From a virus (taxonomy: Duplodnaviria; Caudoviricetes): a DNA stretch of 25,455 bases. Shown here one piece after another: positions 16,085-24,371 of the stretch (within the stretch, counting starts at the first letter, position 1; every line of letters begins with the position of its first letter). The notes under the pieces were generated by a model. That model worked only from the letters and a program-made list of their open reading frames with translations. It ran no database searches and was not told where the DNA came from. Where the stretch lies: the IMG/VR virus record IMGVR_UViG_3300005764_000077, positions 1 through 25,455 of that record; one strand, 5' to 3'. A program made the position numbers and the translations under genes.

Positions 16085-16972
16085 TTAAGGATGTGGCCCG
16101 GTCAATGGTATCGGCACGTAATCGGGATTGAACTGATAGACGACATCCACGTGCTGAATCGCGATCGGGTTCTGGAATGTCAACGCCGCAGCTATCGAGG
16201 TCGTCGCTGCACTCGTGGTGTAGACGCCATTACCGCCAGTCGTGCCGGATTGTTGACTGACGATAGTCGTTCCCACGGGCACGCCAGCTCCGGCGATCGC
16301 TGCGCCCGGCTCGATGGTGCCGGTCACACTGGTCACGGTCAGGCTCGTGCCCGAACCTGTCCCGGTGCCGGTCGCGGTTGTCGGCGGTGGTGGATTCTCC
16401 GGGTACTCGGTCACAACGATAGTCTTGAGATCGGGGAAGTCGGTCGGATACCACTCGCTGCGGATCGTGTAGAACAACTCAATGAGCTGCATTCCAATCG
16501 GCGTTTCGTTTTTTGAATCGCGGCCCCAGTCCGGCGACGGGATGCGCAAGCGCGGGAAGCCCTCGATGCGCACGTTGTCCGGGATGGTAGTCTTGAGCCT
16601 GTTGGTCAACGTGTTGTCGCGCAGGAGTTGATTGAGGATGAACCATTTGGCCCGATCGAGCGTCGCTTGCATGGCAACCGGATCATTGTTCTTGACAACG
16701 ATCTGCATACCGACGGGCACGGTATGCTGCAGGCGAATATCGCCAGCGTTAGGATCGCCGTCTGCAACTGCAGTTTCAGAGCCGAGATAGATTCCAATCG
16801 ATGGAATCTGATAACCAGCCTCAATCGGCAGCGCCCGCGTAATGCGCTTGATGCTGAAATTCTGAAAGAATGACGATGCCGAGAGCCGATCGAAAATCGC
16901 GTTGAGAATGATCCACGAATAGCTCTGCGTGTCGCTGACACCGCCGGTCCCAGTCCACGGGACGTCAGTCAT
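16085..16972 (-). CDS. Putative tail terminator/completion protein with an inserted Thr/Gly-rich module
   Basis: Position before DUF2635 and sheath; IPSIGIYLGSE resembles tail-terminator strands; function inferred from gene order. Confidence 0.6.
   Translation of the reverse strand: MTDVPWTGTGGVSDTQSYSWIILNAIFDRLSASSFFQNFSIKRITRALPIEAGYQIPSIGIYLGSETAVADGDPNAGDIRLQHTVPVGMQIVVKNNDPVAMQATLDRAKWFILNQLLRDNTLTNRLKTTIPDNVRIEGFPRLRIPSPDWGRDSKNETPIGMQLIELFYTIRSEWYPTDFPDLKTIVVTEYPENPPPPTTATGTGTGSGTSLTVTSVTGTIEPGAAIAGAGVPVGTTIVSQQSGTTGGNGVYTTSAATTSIAAALTFQNPIAIQHVDVVYQFNPDYVPIPLTGPHP
16166..16378 (-). repeat. 71-aa Thr/Gly-rich module inserted in the tail terminator (copy B)
   Basis: TATGTGTGSG...QQSGTTGGNGVYTTS...LTFQNP; same 213-nt length as the sheath copy; preceded by a PPPP linker. 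Confidence 0.9.
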
Positions 16973-17325
16973 GGCGCGGCCGTTTCAACTTTTCGAATGT
17001 AGTAAGTGGCCTGGCCGCCGCTGTTGAAAGACGGCCCATCAGTGATCTCATAGCTTCCGCCGGCAATATCGGTATCAGCAGCAAAGCCGACGACATCGCC
17101 CTGCTTCGGAAGCGCAAAGCTGTTGTCAGTGAACTCCTGCATCAAAATATCCATCATCGTTTCCTGATCGGAAAGCTCGGCAATCACGACGCCCTCGTCA
17201 TTCATCATCGTCAACGGGCCAGAATTGAAGATCGCACGCATGCCGGTATAAGGCCCGCTCGTGATGGTGCGAGCGAACATGTCGAAGCAATGCGCATAGA
17301 GCAGAGTGGCGAAACTAACCGACAT
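16969..17325 (-). CDS. Putative head-tail joining/head closure protein (gpFII-like)
   Basis: 118 aa; LPKQGDVV...YEI...SGG pattern; neck-region position. Confidence 0.55.
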   Translation of the reverse strand: MSVSFATLLYAHCFDMFARTITSGPYTGMRAIFNSGPLTMMNDEGVVIAELSDQETMMDILMQEFTDNSFALPKQGDVVGFAADTDIAGGSYEITDGPSFNSGGQATYYIRKVETAAP

Positions 17326-17758
17326 GCCAGGTCAGCTTTTCGCTTACCATTTCCTGGACGCGTTCCCAGAGTCGATCGATGAGCGGTTGACGCAGAATTG
17401 GTCGCGTCGACCAATGTCGATGTTCGCGATAAACCAGCGCACGGTGACGTTTGTGCTTACGTGGGCGCTTCAAGTTCCTTCGCACCGCGGTAAGGTAATG
17501 TCGCTGCTCTTTGACCGACAACGCCACGCCTTCGGATTTCAACATCTCGAGCAAGCTGTGCGGCCGGATCTTCGTCTTCGCAATGCCTTCGCGGCGAACA
17601 CGCATCGTGAACGGACGATGTCGATGCAGATCTTGAACCTGCCACTCGGACAACTCTTGCCCGATATCGATGCGCTTCATGTGCGCGATCTTGCTGCGCA
17701 TATCATCGATGCGTTTTATTACCGCATCGACGTTGATGACATTGACATCGATCGGCAT
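17315..17758 (-). CDS. Basic neck/tail-completion-like hypothetical protein (147 aa)
   Basis: Start MPIDVNV at 17758 immediately after the connector stop; ends STRPILR...LTW; Arg/Lys/His-rich. Confidence 0.6.
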   Translation of the reverse strand: MPIDVNVINVDAVIKRIDDMRSKIAHMKRIDIGQELSEWQVQDLHRHRPFTMRVRREGIAKTKIRPHSLLEMLKSEGVALSVKEQRHYLTAVRRNLKRPRKHKRHRALVYREHRHWSTRPILRQPLIDRLWERVQEMVSEKLTWHVG

Positions 17759-17759
17759 C

Positions 17760-18404
17760 TCAAACCCAGAAGCGCGTGTATTGTCGGAGTAAAGATTCGA
17801 CGGCCTGCATCGATGGCGACTTACCACCGAGCCGTAACAAGACCGCGTTTGGATCGAAAAAGGTAACTCGGGCCTCTCTGTGAGAAACTTGTCTGATGCC
17901 AGCGACCTGCGCCTGCACCATTCGAAGGCGCGCTTCCATAATCAAAGTCGCGCAAGCTTGTTTGAGCGGAAGCGGCGCCTCAGTCGGCAAGTTAAAGCCG
18001 CCGGTATAAGTGATATAGACTGGCGTTGCCCAAGGCGACGCAACCGAACTGCTAAAGTTACGATAGGAAAGCTTGCCGGAACGTTCTTCCAATTCATACG
18101 CACTCGAATCAATCACCGAGCCCGCGTCTTTCACAGATACGATATCTGCGGCCTTGACCGGGAAATGCGTTAGAAACAGACGACCATCAAAAGTCTCGCG
18201 CCAACTCTCGACACCGGTCTCTTTGGCAAAGATCCGATTGCACATCCGCGCGACCTGCTGCGAGTAGATTGAGATCTGCAGCGTCAATTGCTGATCGTGC
18301 GTCGTGTCGGTCGTCGACAGACCAAGCAAGAGCTTGCATTCCTGCAGCGTCAGCAGGTCGTGCGTCGCTGCTTCCACAGTTGGATTAAAATCGACAGCGG
18401 CCAT
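17760..18404 (-). CDS. Head-tail connector/adaptor (gp6/gp15-like)
   Basis: LLTLQECKLLLGL...HDQQL...CNRIF...ITYTGGF...PLPLKQAC...LLRQY pattern; TGATG coupling to the upstream gene. Confidence 0.85.
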   Translation of the reverse strand: MAAVDFNPTVEAATHDLLTLQECKLLLGLSTTDTTHDQQLTLQISIYSQQVARMCNRIFAKETGVESWRETFDGRLFLTHFPVKAADIVSVKDAGSVIDSSAYELEERSGKLSYRNFSSSVASPWATPVYITYTGGFNLPTEAPLPLKQACATLIMEARLRMVQAQVAGIRQVSHREARVTFFDPNAVLLRLGGKSPSMQAVESLLRQYTRFWV

Positions 18405-19783
18405 CAGTCGGTCTCAGAATGGAATTGCTCGAACAGGTCGCGCAGCTCGAGCGCGGCGCCCTCCTTTCCATCAGACATAATCGGCACGGCAACATAGCGC
18501 TTGCGATCGAGCTTCCAGCCCTTGATCGCCGGCGCCGGCGCACCAGGCGCACCGGGCGGACCTTTCTCGCCGCGCTCGCCTTTCGGTCCAGCAATCCCGC
18601 GAGCACCCTGACGCGACATGAGCTGCCAGTGCTCGCCAGGACACGGGCCAGGATTGTCCTTGCGCGCGACGAACGATGCGCCATCAAGAGCAACAACATC
18701 GAGCGCGGCGTAATCTGCCTTTTCATCATAGGTGCCGCGGATGGTCATCGATCGAGCCGTCCCGCCCATGGCTGCGAGACAAATCCAATCGAGGCCGCCG
18801 GGAGTCTGTGCCGTATCGCGTAAAGCCTGAAAACAGGCACCGTCATAGACCACGACGTCGGCCTCATAGCTTACCGAGCCTTGCCGCCAGAGCTTGGCGA
18901 TCGGCAGCTTGCCGGGCGGGCCTTCGGGACCGCGTTCTCCCTGCGGACCGACAATAGAGTCGCCAGGATCTCCCTTGTCCCCTTTGTCCCCCTTGACCGA
19001 AAGACCTTGCTCGCCTCGAGGACCGGCAGGGCCAGCTTCGCCAGGAGGGCCTTGGATCGATTCGCCGGCGTCACCCTTTGGACCGGGTGGCCCGGTGATT
19101 GACTCTCCCTTGTCACCTTTGTCTCCCTTGACGGCGAGCCCAGGCGGCCCTTCGGAACCTGGAATTCCGGGTAGACCGATGTCACCCTTGTCTCCCTTTT
19201 CCCCCTTGATGCTTTCCCCAGGCGGCCCGCGGTCTCCTATAAGTCCTTGATCCCCCTTGGGGCCGACCGGGCCGGGAATCCCAGTCGGCCCCTCCGGGCC
19301 GGGCGGTCCCGGAGGTCCGACGATGGATTCGCCGGGCACTCCTGGGAGCCCAGGTTGGCCGTCTTTTCCTGCAGGGCCAGGCGGCCCCATTTTCCCTTCG
19401 ATCCCGATCCCGTCACGGCCAGGCACTCCGGGCAGGCCGATGTCTCCTTTTTCTCCTCGAGGTCCTTGAAGGCCTCTTTCCCCAATCCCGTCCAGACCGT
19501 CTTTCCCGTCTCTGCCCGGCGGCCCGCGTTCGCCATCGCGCACGAGCGCCAGGCGCTCGGCCATCATCTGCGCAGCTCCGCTAAACTCCTTGACGATCTG
19601 TTCACGCAACTGCGCGATGATCGCCTGCGCCTGCGCTTCCATCAGCGCACGCTCGCGCGCCCACGTCCGTTGCGCCTCCGCCAACGCCAGCGTGAAGGCT
19701 TCTTCCCAGGGCGAAAAGTCACCATTGACACTGTCGGAATCAGGATGAAACTCTTGATCTTTACCATTTGAGGACATTGTCAT
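18404..19783 (-). CDS. Collagen-like virion protein with an N-terminal coiled coil and C-terminal CBM5/12-like repeats
   Basis: About 200 aa of interrupted Gly-X-Y; [23 protein letters not shown] and [25 protein letters not shown] repeats. Confidence 0.8.
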   Translation of the reverse strand: MTMSSNGKDQEFHPDSDSVNGDFSPWEEAFTLALAEAQRTWARERALMEAQAQAIIAQLREQIVKEFSGAAQMMAERLALVRDGERGPPGRDGKDGLDGIGERGLQGPRGEKGDIGLPGVPGRDGIGIEGKMGPPGPAGKDGQPGLPGVPGESIVGPPGPPGPEGPTGIPGPVGPKGDQGLIGDRGPPGESIKGEKGDKGDIGLPGIPGSEGPPGLAVKGDKGDKGESITGPPGPKGDAGESIQGPPGEAGPAGPRGEQGLSVKGDKGDKGDPGDSIVGPQGERGPEGPPGKLPIAKLWRQGSVSYEADVVVYDGACFQALRDTAQTPGGLDWICLAAMGGTARSMTIRGTYDEKADYAALDVVALDGASFVARKDNPGPCPGEHWQLMSRQGARGIAGPKGERGEKGPPGAPGAPAPAIKGWKLDRKRYVAVPIMSDGKEGAALELRDLFEQFHSETD

Positions 19784-20123
19784 GATCTGCCTCGAGTGCG
19801 GAGGTCCGCGCGATTACGTCAAGCCTTGCCGTCCGAACTATGTGCAGGCGTATTGCCGAGCATGTACCAATGCGCGCATGCGCCGCACCCGCCGAAAACA
19901 CAGCGAGCTTTCAAAGGAAGCGCGTCGAAAAAACAACATTCGAGATCTGGCCCGTCATTACGTGCGAACTGGCAAAATCAAACGTGAATCTTGCATTGTC
20001 TGCGGTCTGCCCAAAGCTCAAATGCACCATCCCGATTATTCCAAACCACTTGAAGTCATCTGGTACTGTCAAAAACATCACGCCGAACTGCATAGAAAAC
20101 TTAAGGAAGAAATCGTCGATTGA
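19782..20123 (+). CDS. Antisense zinc-finger HNH endonuclease-like protein
   Basis: CLEC, CRAC, CIVC and [19 protein letters not shown]; GAGGA SD; fills the portal-collagen gap; lower GC in its 3' half. Confidence 0.8.
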   Translation: MICLECGGPRDYVKPCRPNYVQAYCRACTNARMRRTRRKHSELSKEARRKNNIRDLARHYVRTGKIKRESCIVCGLPKAQMHHPDYSKPLEVIWYCQKHHAELHRKLKEEIVD

Positions 20124-21531
20124 TAGCAGCCACGTTGCTAATGATTTGTCGTGCCGCCTTCTGTGCGGCATCGCTGGGGGTTACCTTCGGTGGTTTTGTT
20201 TCGGCGGCTGGAATCGGAGGACCGGCGGGCGGAGGCGCGTGTGCGGCGGGCGGACCTGCCGGCGGAAGCTTGCCCGCAAAATCTAAGGGGATCATTTGCT
20301 GTTGCATGCGAGGCATTCCGCCGGCATCCACGTCATCAAGGCCCTCTTCATTTCGAGCCTCGTTCGGCGCCATGATGCCGCCGGTGACAGCTTCCTTGAG
20401 TCCGCGGATGCGATCTTTCCAGTCGGAGCGCAGCAACGCGCCGGTATCAAATTCCGTGTACTCGTCCGGGACGCCCTTGAGCGCGAAGAGCCGATCGAAA
20501 GCGCGTTCCACGGAGTCGAGGGCAAAGCCAAGACCGGTCGCGATCCAGAACCGCATGAGCGCTTCGGTCGAGCCGAACGTCGTACCACCAAGGCCGAGGA
20601 CCTGCAGCGGGACACGAAACACGAGCGCAATATGCTGCTCGGCAAGCTTCATCACCTCCGCGACCTGCGCGTCCTTGGGCACCTCCGCCCAGGGCTGCAC
20701 TTGCAAGCCGTGCGTCAGGATCGGCGTCTTGCCTTGATTGATCCCGCGGCTTTGTTCATCCCAGCGATCGCGCAGCTCTTGGACGAGATCCTTGTCGAGC
20801 GGCATGTCGGTCCGGATGACTGCCGAAGGCCGCGCGGCGTTAGTATAGAACTGCTGCTGTTGACTCGCGATCGCGCTTGCGAGGCCCATGTCGTACATCG
20901 CCGCGAGCAGCGGCGTTTGTCCCCATAGCGGAAACGGATATTGCCGCGAGCGATCAGCATGCAACCGCAGATGCAAGACGTCGCGCTGCGGCACCATAAT
21001 CGTTTCGCCGGCCAATTGCTGCGCGATGACCGCGTTGCCGGCTAGCCGGTAGAACACTTCGCCGCCGGCGACTTGCGGACGGCTAAGCATGCTATCCATC
21101 AGGTGCAGTTCGTTGACCTCGAACCGATCATTTCTAAGCGCCAGCGCGTAGGCGTTTCCCTCCAAATACATTTGCCGGACCGCGTTGAGCATGAAGTCCG
21201 ACGGCGACTGATAGGCGTTTGGTTTTTTCAATATCCGCGACAGCGCCGAGTTCTTGACACGCTCGCGGCCGCCTTTGCCAGAAAGTCGCCAATGATCGCC
21301 AGGCAGCATCGCCATTGTTTGGCTGTAAGAACTGACGCACGCCTCGACCATCGCGGAGCGCGCCGCGGTCGGCGTGATGTCCAGACCGGTCTGCCACCAA
21401 TTGGTTGGCACGCCGTCCGGCAACCAGCCGCCGGAAATCGAAAGATAATAGGGACCGGGACGAAATTGGCCTTCGACGGCTTTCGCCACCGTGCGCAATC
21501 CGCGGGCCACCAGGCTGCGCGCTGATGCCAT
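20101..21531 (-). CDS. HK97-family portal protein
   Basis: VEACVS, LKKPNAYQS, YLEGNAYA, DVLHLR, FYTNAARPSAVI, IALVFRVP and GIMAPNEARNEEGL. Confidence 0.95.
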   Translation of the reverse strand: MASARSLVARGLRTVAKAVEGQFRPGPYYLSISGGWLPDGVPTNWWQTGLDITPTAARSAMVEACVSSYSQTMAMLPGDHWRLSGKGGRERVKNSALSRILKKPNAYQSPSDFMLNAVRQMYLEGNAYALALRNDRFEVNELHLMDSMLSRPQVAGGEVFYRLAGNAVIAQQLAGETIMVPQRDVLHLRLHADRSRQYPFPLWGQTPLLAAMYDMGLASAIASQQQQFYTNAARPSAVIRTDMPLDKDLVQELRDRWDEQSRGINQGKTPILTHGLQVQPWAEVPKDAQVAEVMKLAEQHIALVFRVPLQVLGLGGTTFGSTEALMRFWIATGLGFALDSVERAFDRLFALKGVPDEYTEFDTGALLRSDWKDRIRGLKEAVTGGIMAPNEARNEEGLDDVDAGGMPRMQQQMIPLDFAGKLPPAGPPAAHAPPPAGPPIPAAETKPPKVTPSDAAQKAARQIISNVAAINRRFLP

Positions 21532-21563
21532 TCACGTCAAAGCCGTTTTGAAAATGGACAAAC

Positions 21564-21587
21564 GAGTCCCGGAGCTTTCCGGGACTC
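21564..21587 (-). terminator. Probable intrinsic terminator/hairpin between the post-capsid ORF and the portal
   Basis: Perfect 10-bp stem GAGTCCCGGA/TCCGGGACTC with a 4-nt loop, followed on the minus strand by GTTTGTCCATTTT (imperfect U-tract). Confidence 0.6.
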
Positions 21588-21593
21588 AAATTT

Positions 21594-21782
21594 TCAAGTC
21601 GCCGGCTTGGTCTGCCTGGTCTGATAAGCTTGGGCCGCGGGCTTTTTGCCCGCCTCGAGCGCTTTCTGCGTCCGCGTCTCGAACGGGTCCGGTCCGGAGC
21701 CGTCATCTTCGTGCTCGAGAATGTGCTCGCCCAGTGCGGCGCGATCGTTCTCGTCCTGCGTCGGGGTAGGTCTGACTGCCAT
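21594..21782 (-). CDS. Small hypothetical protein following the major capsid (62 aa)
   Basis: GAGGAG SD; PTPTQDENDRAALG motif; in operon order. Confidence 0.75.
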   Translation of the reverse strand: MAVRPTPTQDENDRAALGEHILEHEDDGSGPDPFETRTQKALEAGKKPAAQAYQTRQTKPAT

Positions 21783-21810
21783 GGCTAGGCTCCTCTTAGT
21801 TTAACGAAAG

Positions 21811-21836
21811 GTACGGGCGAAGTTAATCGCCCGCAC
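21811..21836 (-). promoter_or_regulatory. Hairpin immediately downstream of the capsid stop
   Basis: Minus strand GUGCGGGCGA-UUAACU-UCGCCCGUAC forms a 10-bp stem including a G-U pair, followed by CUUUC. Confidence 0.5.
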
Positions 21837-21852
21837 TTACCTTTTGAAGTAA

Positions 21853-24147
21853 TTACCACGTTACGTTAGAAGTCCACGCGATCGTACCGGCGCGACGCTG
21901 CACCCAATTCAAAGGCAGTACCATCCTTAAGGCGATACTATCCGTTTGAAAGAGTGACCTTTGAGGTGCAGCAACCGTGCTTGGAGATGCAACAAGGTCC
22001 GCTGGATTTGTATCCTCCATGTGTAATGTTGCTTGATCGGACAGCTCCATACGGGCCGCTTCCCCGCCAACGACGACAAAGTCTGCCGCGTCAACAAGGA
22101 TCAGAGTTTTCGCCGGCACGGTAGCACTGTCGATTATCGGCACCGTATTGAGCGTTCCCGCGCGAATCTCATCGCGGAACGGGAAGATGCCGGTATTTGC
22201 TGCGCTCACCAGAGATGCGCGCAACATATCTGTCGGGTTTGCCAGCCACACCGGCGAGCGAACGTTGCCGTAAGTGCTGGTCGTCAACGCGCCGAGCAGC
22301 GCGGTGATGTCGCCGATGAGAGCCGCGAGGCCACCGCCGGCAGTTGCCGTCGTTGCAGCAACACCGTTGAGCAAGCCCGCGGGCCTGATCGTCGTTGCCG
22401 CGTTCGCGTCGATGAGCACCGTGTCGATCGCAACAGATGTGTCCTGTTGAATCGCTTCACGGATAAGCCCCTCGATTGCCGGCACGCTGTGGTCGCCCAT
22501 TTCGCGCGTCCACACGCTTATGACGGCCAGCTTCTTCGGCACGACCGTCTGAGTTGTAAAAGCGCCTTGGCGAACTGGAATCGCGAGTCCCTCACCAACG
22601 AACGAACCGGCGATAGTCGGCGTGCGCGAGCGCGTCGGGATGATGATGCGTCCCGCCGTGCCAAAGCTGAGCGTGAGTCCTCTGCCCGACAACCGGTTCA
22701 GGATCGAAGCGGGCATCAGCAAAGGCATGAGATCCGCGTATGTTTGCTGCACAAGTTCGGCAGCCCAGCCGGTGACCGTAGTCATGGCGGGAGCCGATGC
22801 AGCACGCAAGATCAACTCGGCCGAGACCTTCGTCCCGTCGCTGTTGTAATGCGGATAAGTTTCCGCGATCTTGACTCGCGTCTCCTCGCGGGACTTGCCC
22901 CACATCTTGGAAAAGAATCCGACCGTGCCCGCCTGCACGAGGTAGTCGAGCAAATCGAAATCCTTTTTCTTCGGTGTCGCAAACACCTTCGGCGCTTCCG
23001 GCAAGTCCGGCCGCGGCGCATAGATCTGCAGCGCGCGATGGCTCACGCCATTGCCGCCGCTGCCGTTGCCGTTGCTGGTCGCAGTCTGTCCCAGCAACCT
23101 CTCCGACTCCACGAGCGCTGTATGCGTCTTTTTAAGTGACGCCAGTGTGGCGTTGAGGTCTGTGGCCTTCTGCATATCCGCGTCGCTGATATTGGTCTGG
23201 TCGATGCCATCCCAATGCGTAGCGAGCGCGTCTTCACTCTCAACAATGAGCTGCTGCACATTGCTGATCCGTTCGGAAAGGGGCTGCATGGCCCGTCTCC
23301 CTTCGCTTCGAGTAGCCTTGGCATGCTTGCCAGTGAACTCCCGACGCTTAGGCTCATCTTGATTGCCATGCTTGGCGAAAATGAGCTCTTGCGTTTGGGG
23401 AGAGATGCCTAGCGATTTGACAACCGCCAGCGCATTCGGGTTTGCAGGAACAGAAACCAGTGAGGTTTCGACCAATTCCTGCTTGAGAAAGCGACGACCG
23501 CTGAAAGGGTTTTTCTTATCGAGCGGCTCGCTTTCGATATCGCGGAAGCCAACCGACACAGCTTTTAAGATGCCGGCCTCGATTAGCTTTCTAATTTCAT
23601 CGATACGGTTTGACGTGCCGAGCGGCGCCATGACAAGGCGCCCCTTCAAGGCATTTTTGTCGACGCGGAGATCTTGCCAGCGACCTATCGGAAACGACGG
23701 ATTATGGTTGAACAAAGCTATGGGGTTTTTGGCGAATGAATCGATCTGCCAGCCATCGGCTGAAATAGTATCGCCCATCCGGTCGAGGCTATCATCGGAC
23801 AGCACAAACTCCATTCCTTGCACAACCTCGGCATGGGTTTTTTGAATGATGGCGCCGGCGGCGCGGCCTTCATCCTGCGCGTCTTCCCAAGCGAGTTGAC
23901 ATTCGTCCTCGTCGTGAGTCTCGGTACAGCGATCGAGAAAATCGGAATGGCTTTCGCCGTCATCGGGCTCGGGGCATCCACCATTTTGCTTTTTCGGCGC
24001 ACTGTGACCAGTTTCGCGCCAAATATTGAGACACGCTGCGACGGCTTGCTCTTGCGGCCGTTTATCTTCGCCTGTACCAATCATTTCAGGGACGCAGCGC
24101 GACATCCATTCTGATTGGCTCTCACCCTTATGGGGGGATATCGGCAT
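21853..24147 (-). CDS. HK97-type prohead protease-major capsid protein fusion
   Basis: Protease motifs DRMGD, NPIALFNH, AVSVGF and ETSLVSVPANPNA; capsid motifs FVGEG, PKKLAVI and SLFQTDSIALRM; GGGAGAG SD. Confidence 0.93.
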   Translation of the reverse strand: MPISPHKGESQSEWMSRCVPEMIGTGEDKRPQEQAVAACLNIWRETGHSAPKKQNGGCPEPDDGESHSDFLDRCTETHDEDECQLAWEDAQDEGRAAGAIIQKTHAEVVQGMEFVLSDDSLDRMGDTISADGWQIDSFAKNPIALFNHNPSFPIGRWQDLRVDKNALKGRLVMAPLGTSNRIDEIRKLIEAGILKAVSVGFRDIESEPLDKKNPFSGRRFLKQELVETSLVSVPANPNALAVVKSLGISPQTQELIFAKHGNQDEPKRREFTGKHAKATRSEGRRAMQPLSERISNVQQLIVESEDALATHWDGIDQTNISDADMQKATDLNATLASLKKTHTALVESERLLGQTATSNGNGSGGNGVSHRALQIYAPRPDLPEAPKVFATPKKKDFDLLDYLVQAGTVGFFSKMWGKSREETRVKIAETYPHYNSDGTKVSAELILRAASAPAMTTVTGWAAELVQQTYADLMPLLMPASILNRLSGRGLTLSFGTAGRIIIPTRSRTPTIAGSFVGEGLAIPVRQGAFTTQTVVPKKLAVISVWTREMGDHSVPAIEGLIREAIQQDTSVAIDTVLIDANAATTIRPAGLLNGVAATTATAGGGLAALIGDITALLGALTTSTYGNVRSPVWLANPTDMLRASLVSAANTGIFPFRDEIRAGTLNTVPIIDSATVPAKTLILVDAADFVVVGGEAARMELSDQATLHMEDTNPADLVASPSTVAAPQRSLFQTDSIALRMVLPLNWVQRRAGTIAWTSNVTW

Positions 24148-24277
24148 GGCTCTCTCCCAAGCTCGATTGAAGGAACTACTCGACTACGATCCGGAGACCG
24201 GACATTTCACTTGGCGCGCGCTGGCTGAACGGGACCGGCCAAGATCACTTGCTCACCATCATCCCATCGGACTTTGA
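24146..24277 (+). pseudogene. Remnant N-terminus of an HNH homing endonuclease (antisense)
   Basis: MALSQARLKELLDYDPETGHFTWR matches the L.Q.RLKELL.YDPETG.FTW start of HNH(-AP2) endonucleases; stops after 43 aa with no HNH core. Confidence 0.7.
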
Positions 24278-24371
24278 TAAGCGTGGCCTTGTCCTTGTCG
24301 ACTGGATTGAATTTGTCGTCGATATAAGCGACCGTTGCCGGCTTACCGTCGACGGTGGCGCGCTCGATCAT
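24207..24371 (-). CDS. Small hypothetical protein (54 aa, MIERATVDGKPATVAY...)
   Basis: ATG at 24371 overlaps the upstream TGA (ATGA); the longer ORF-track start lies inside the upstream gene. Confidence 0.7.
   Translation of the reverse strand: MIERATVDGKPATVAYIDDKFNPVDKDKATLIKVRWDDGEQVILAGPVQPARAK

Noticed and set aside
18900-19520. Short periodic DNA repeats as a possible CRISPR array or VNTR
   Set aside because: Explained by Gly-X-Y collagen coding; there is no constant repeat with unique spacers.
21801-21826. Pseudoknot between the post-capsid hairpin loop (UUAAC) and downstream GUUAA
   Set aside because: Only 5 mostly A-U pairs, which could easily arise by chance without covariation data.
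22033-23139. 368-aa plus-strand ORF and similar ORFs at 7381-8976 and 17306-17866
   Set aside because: They lie wholly opposite well-supported structural genes and are Arg-rich with no motifs, as expected by chance at high GC.
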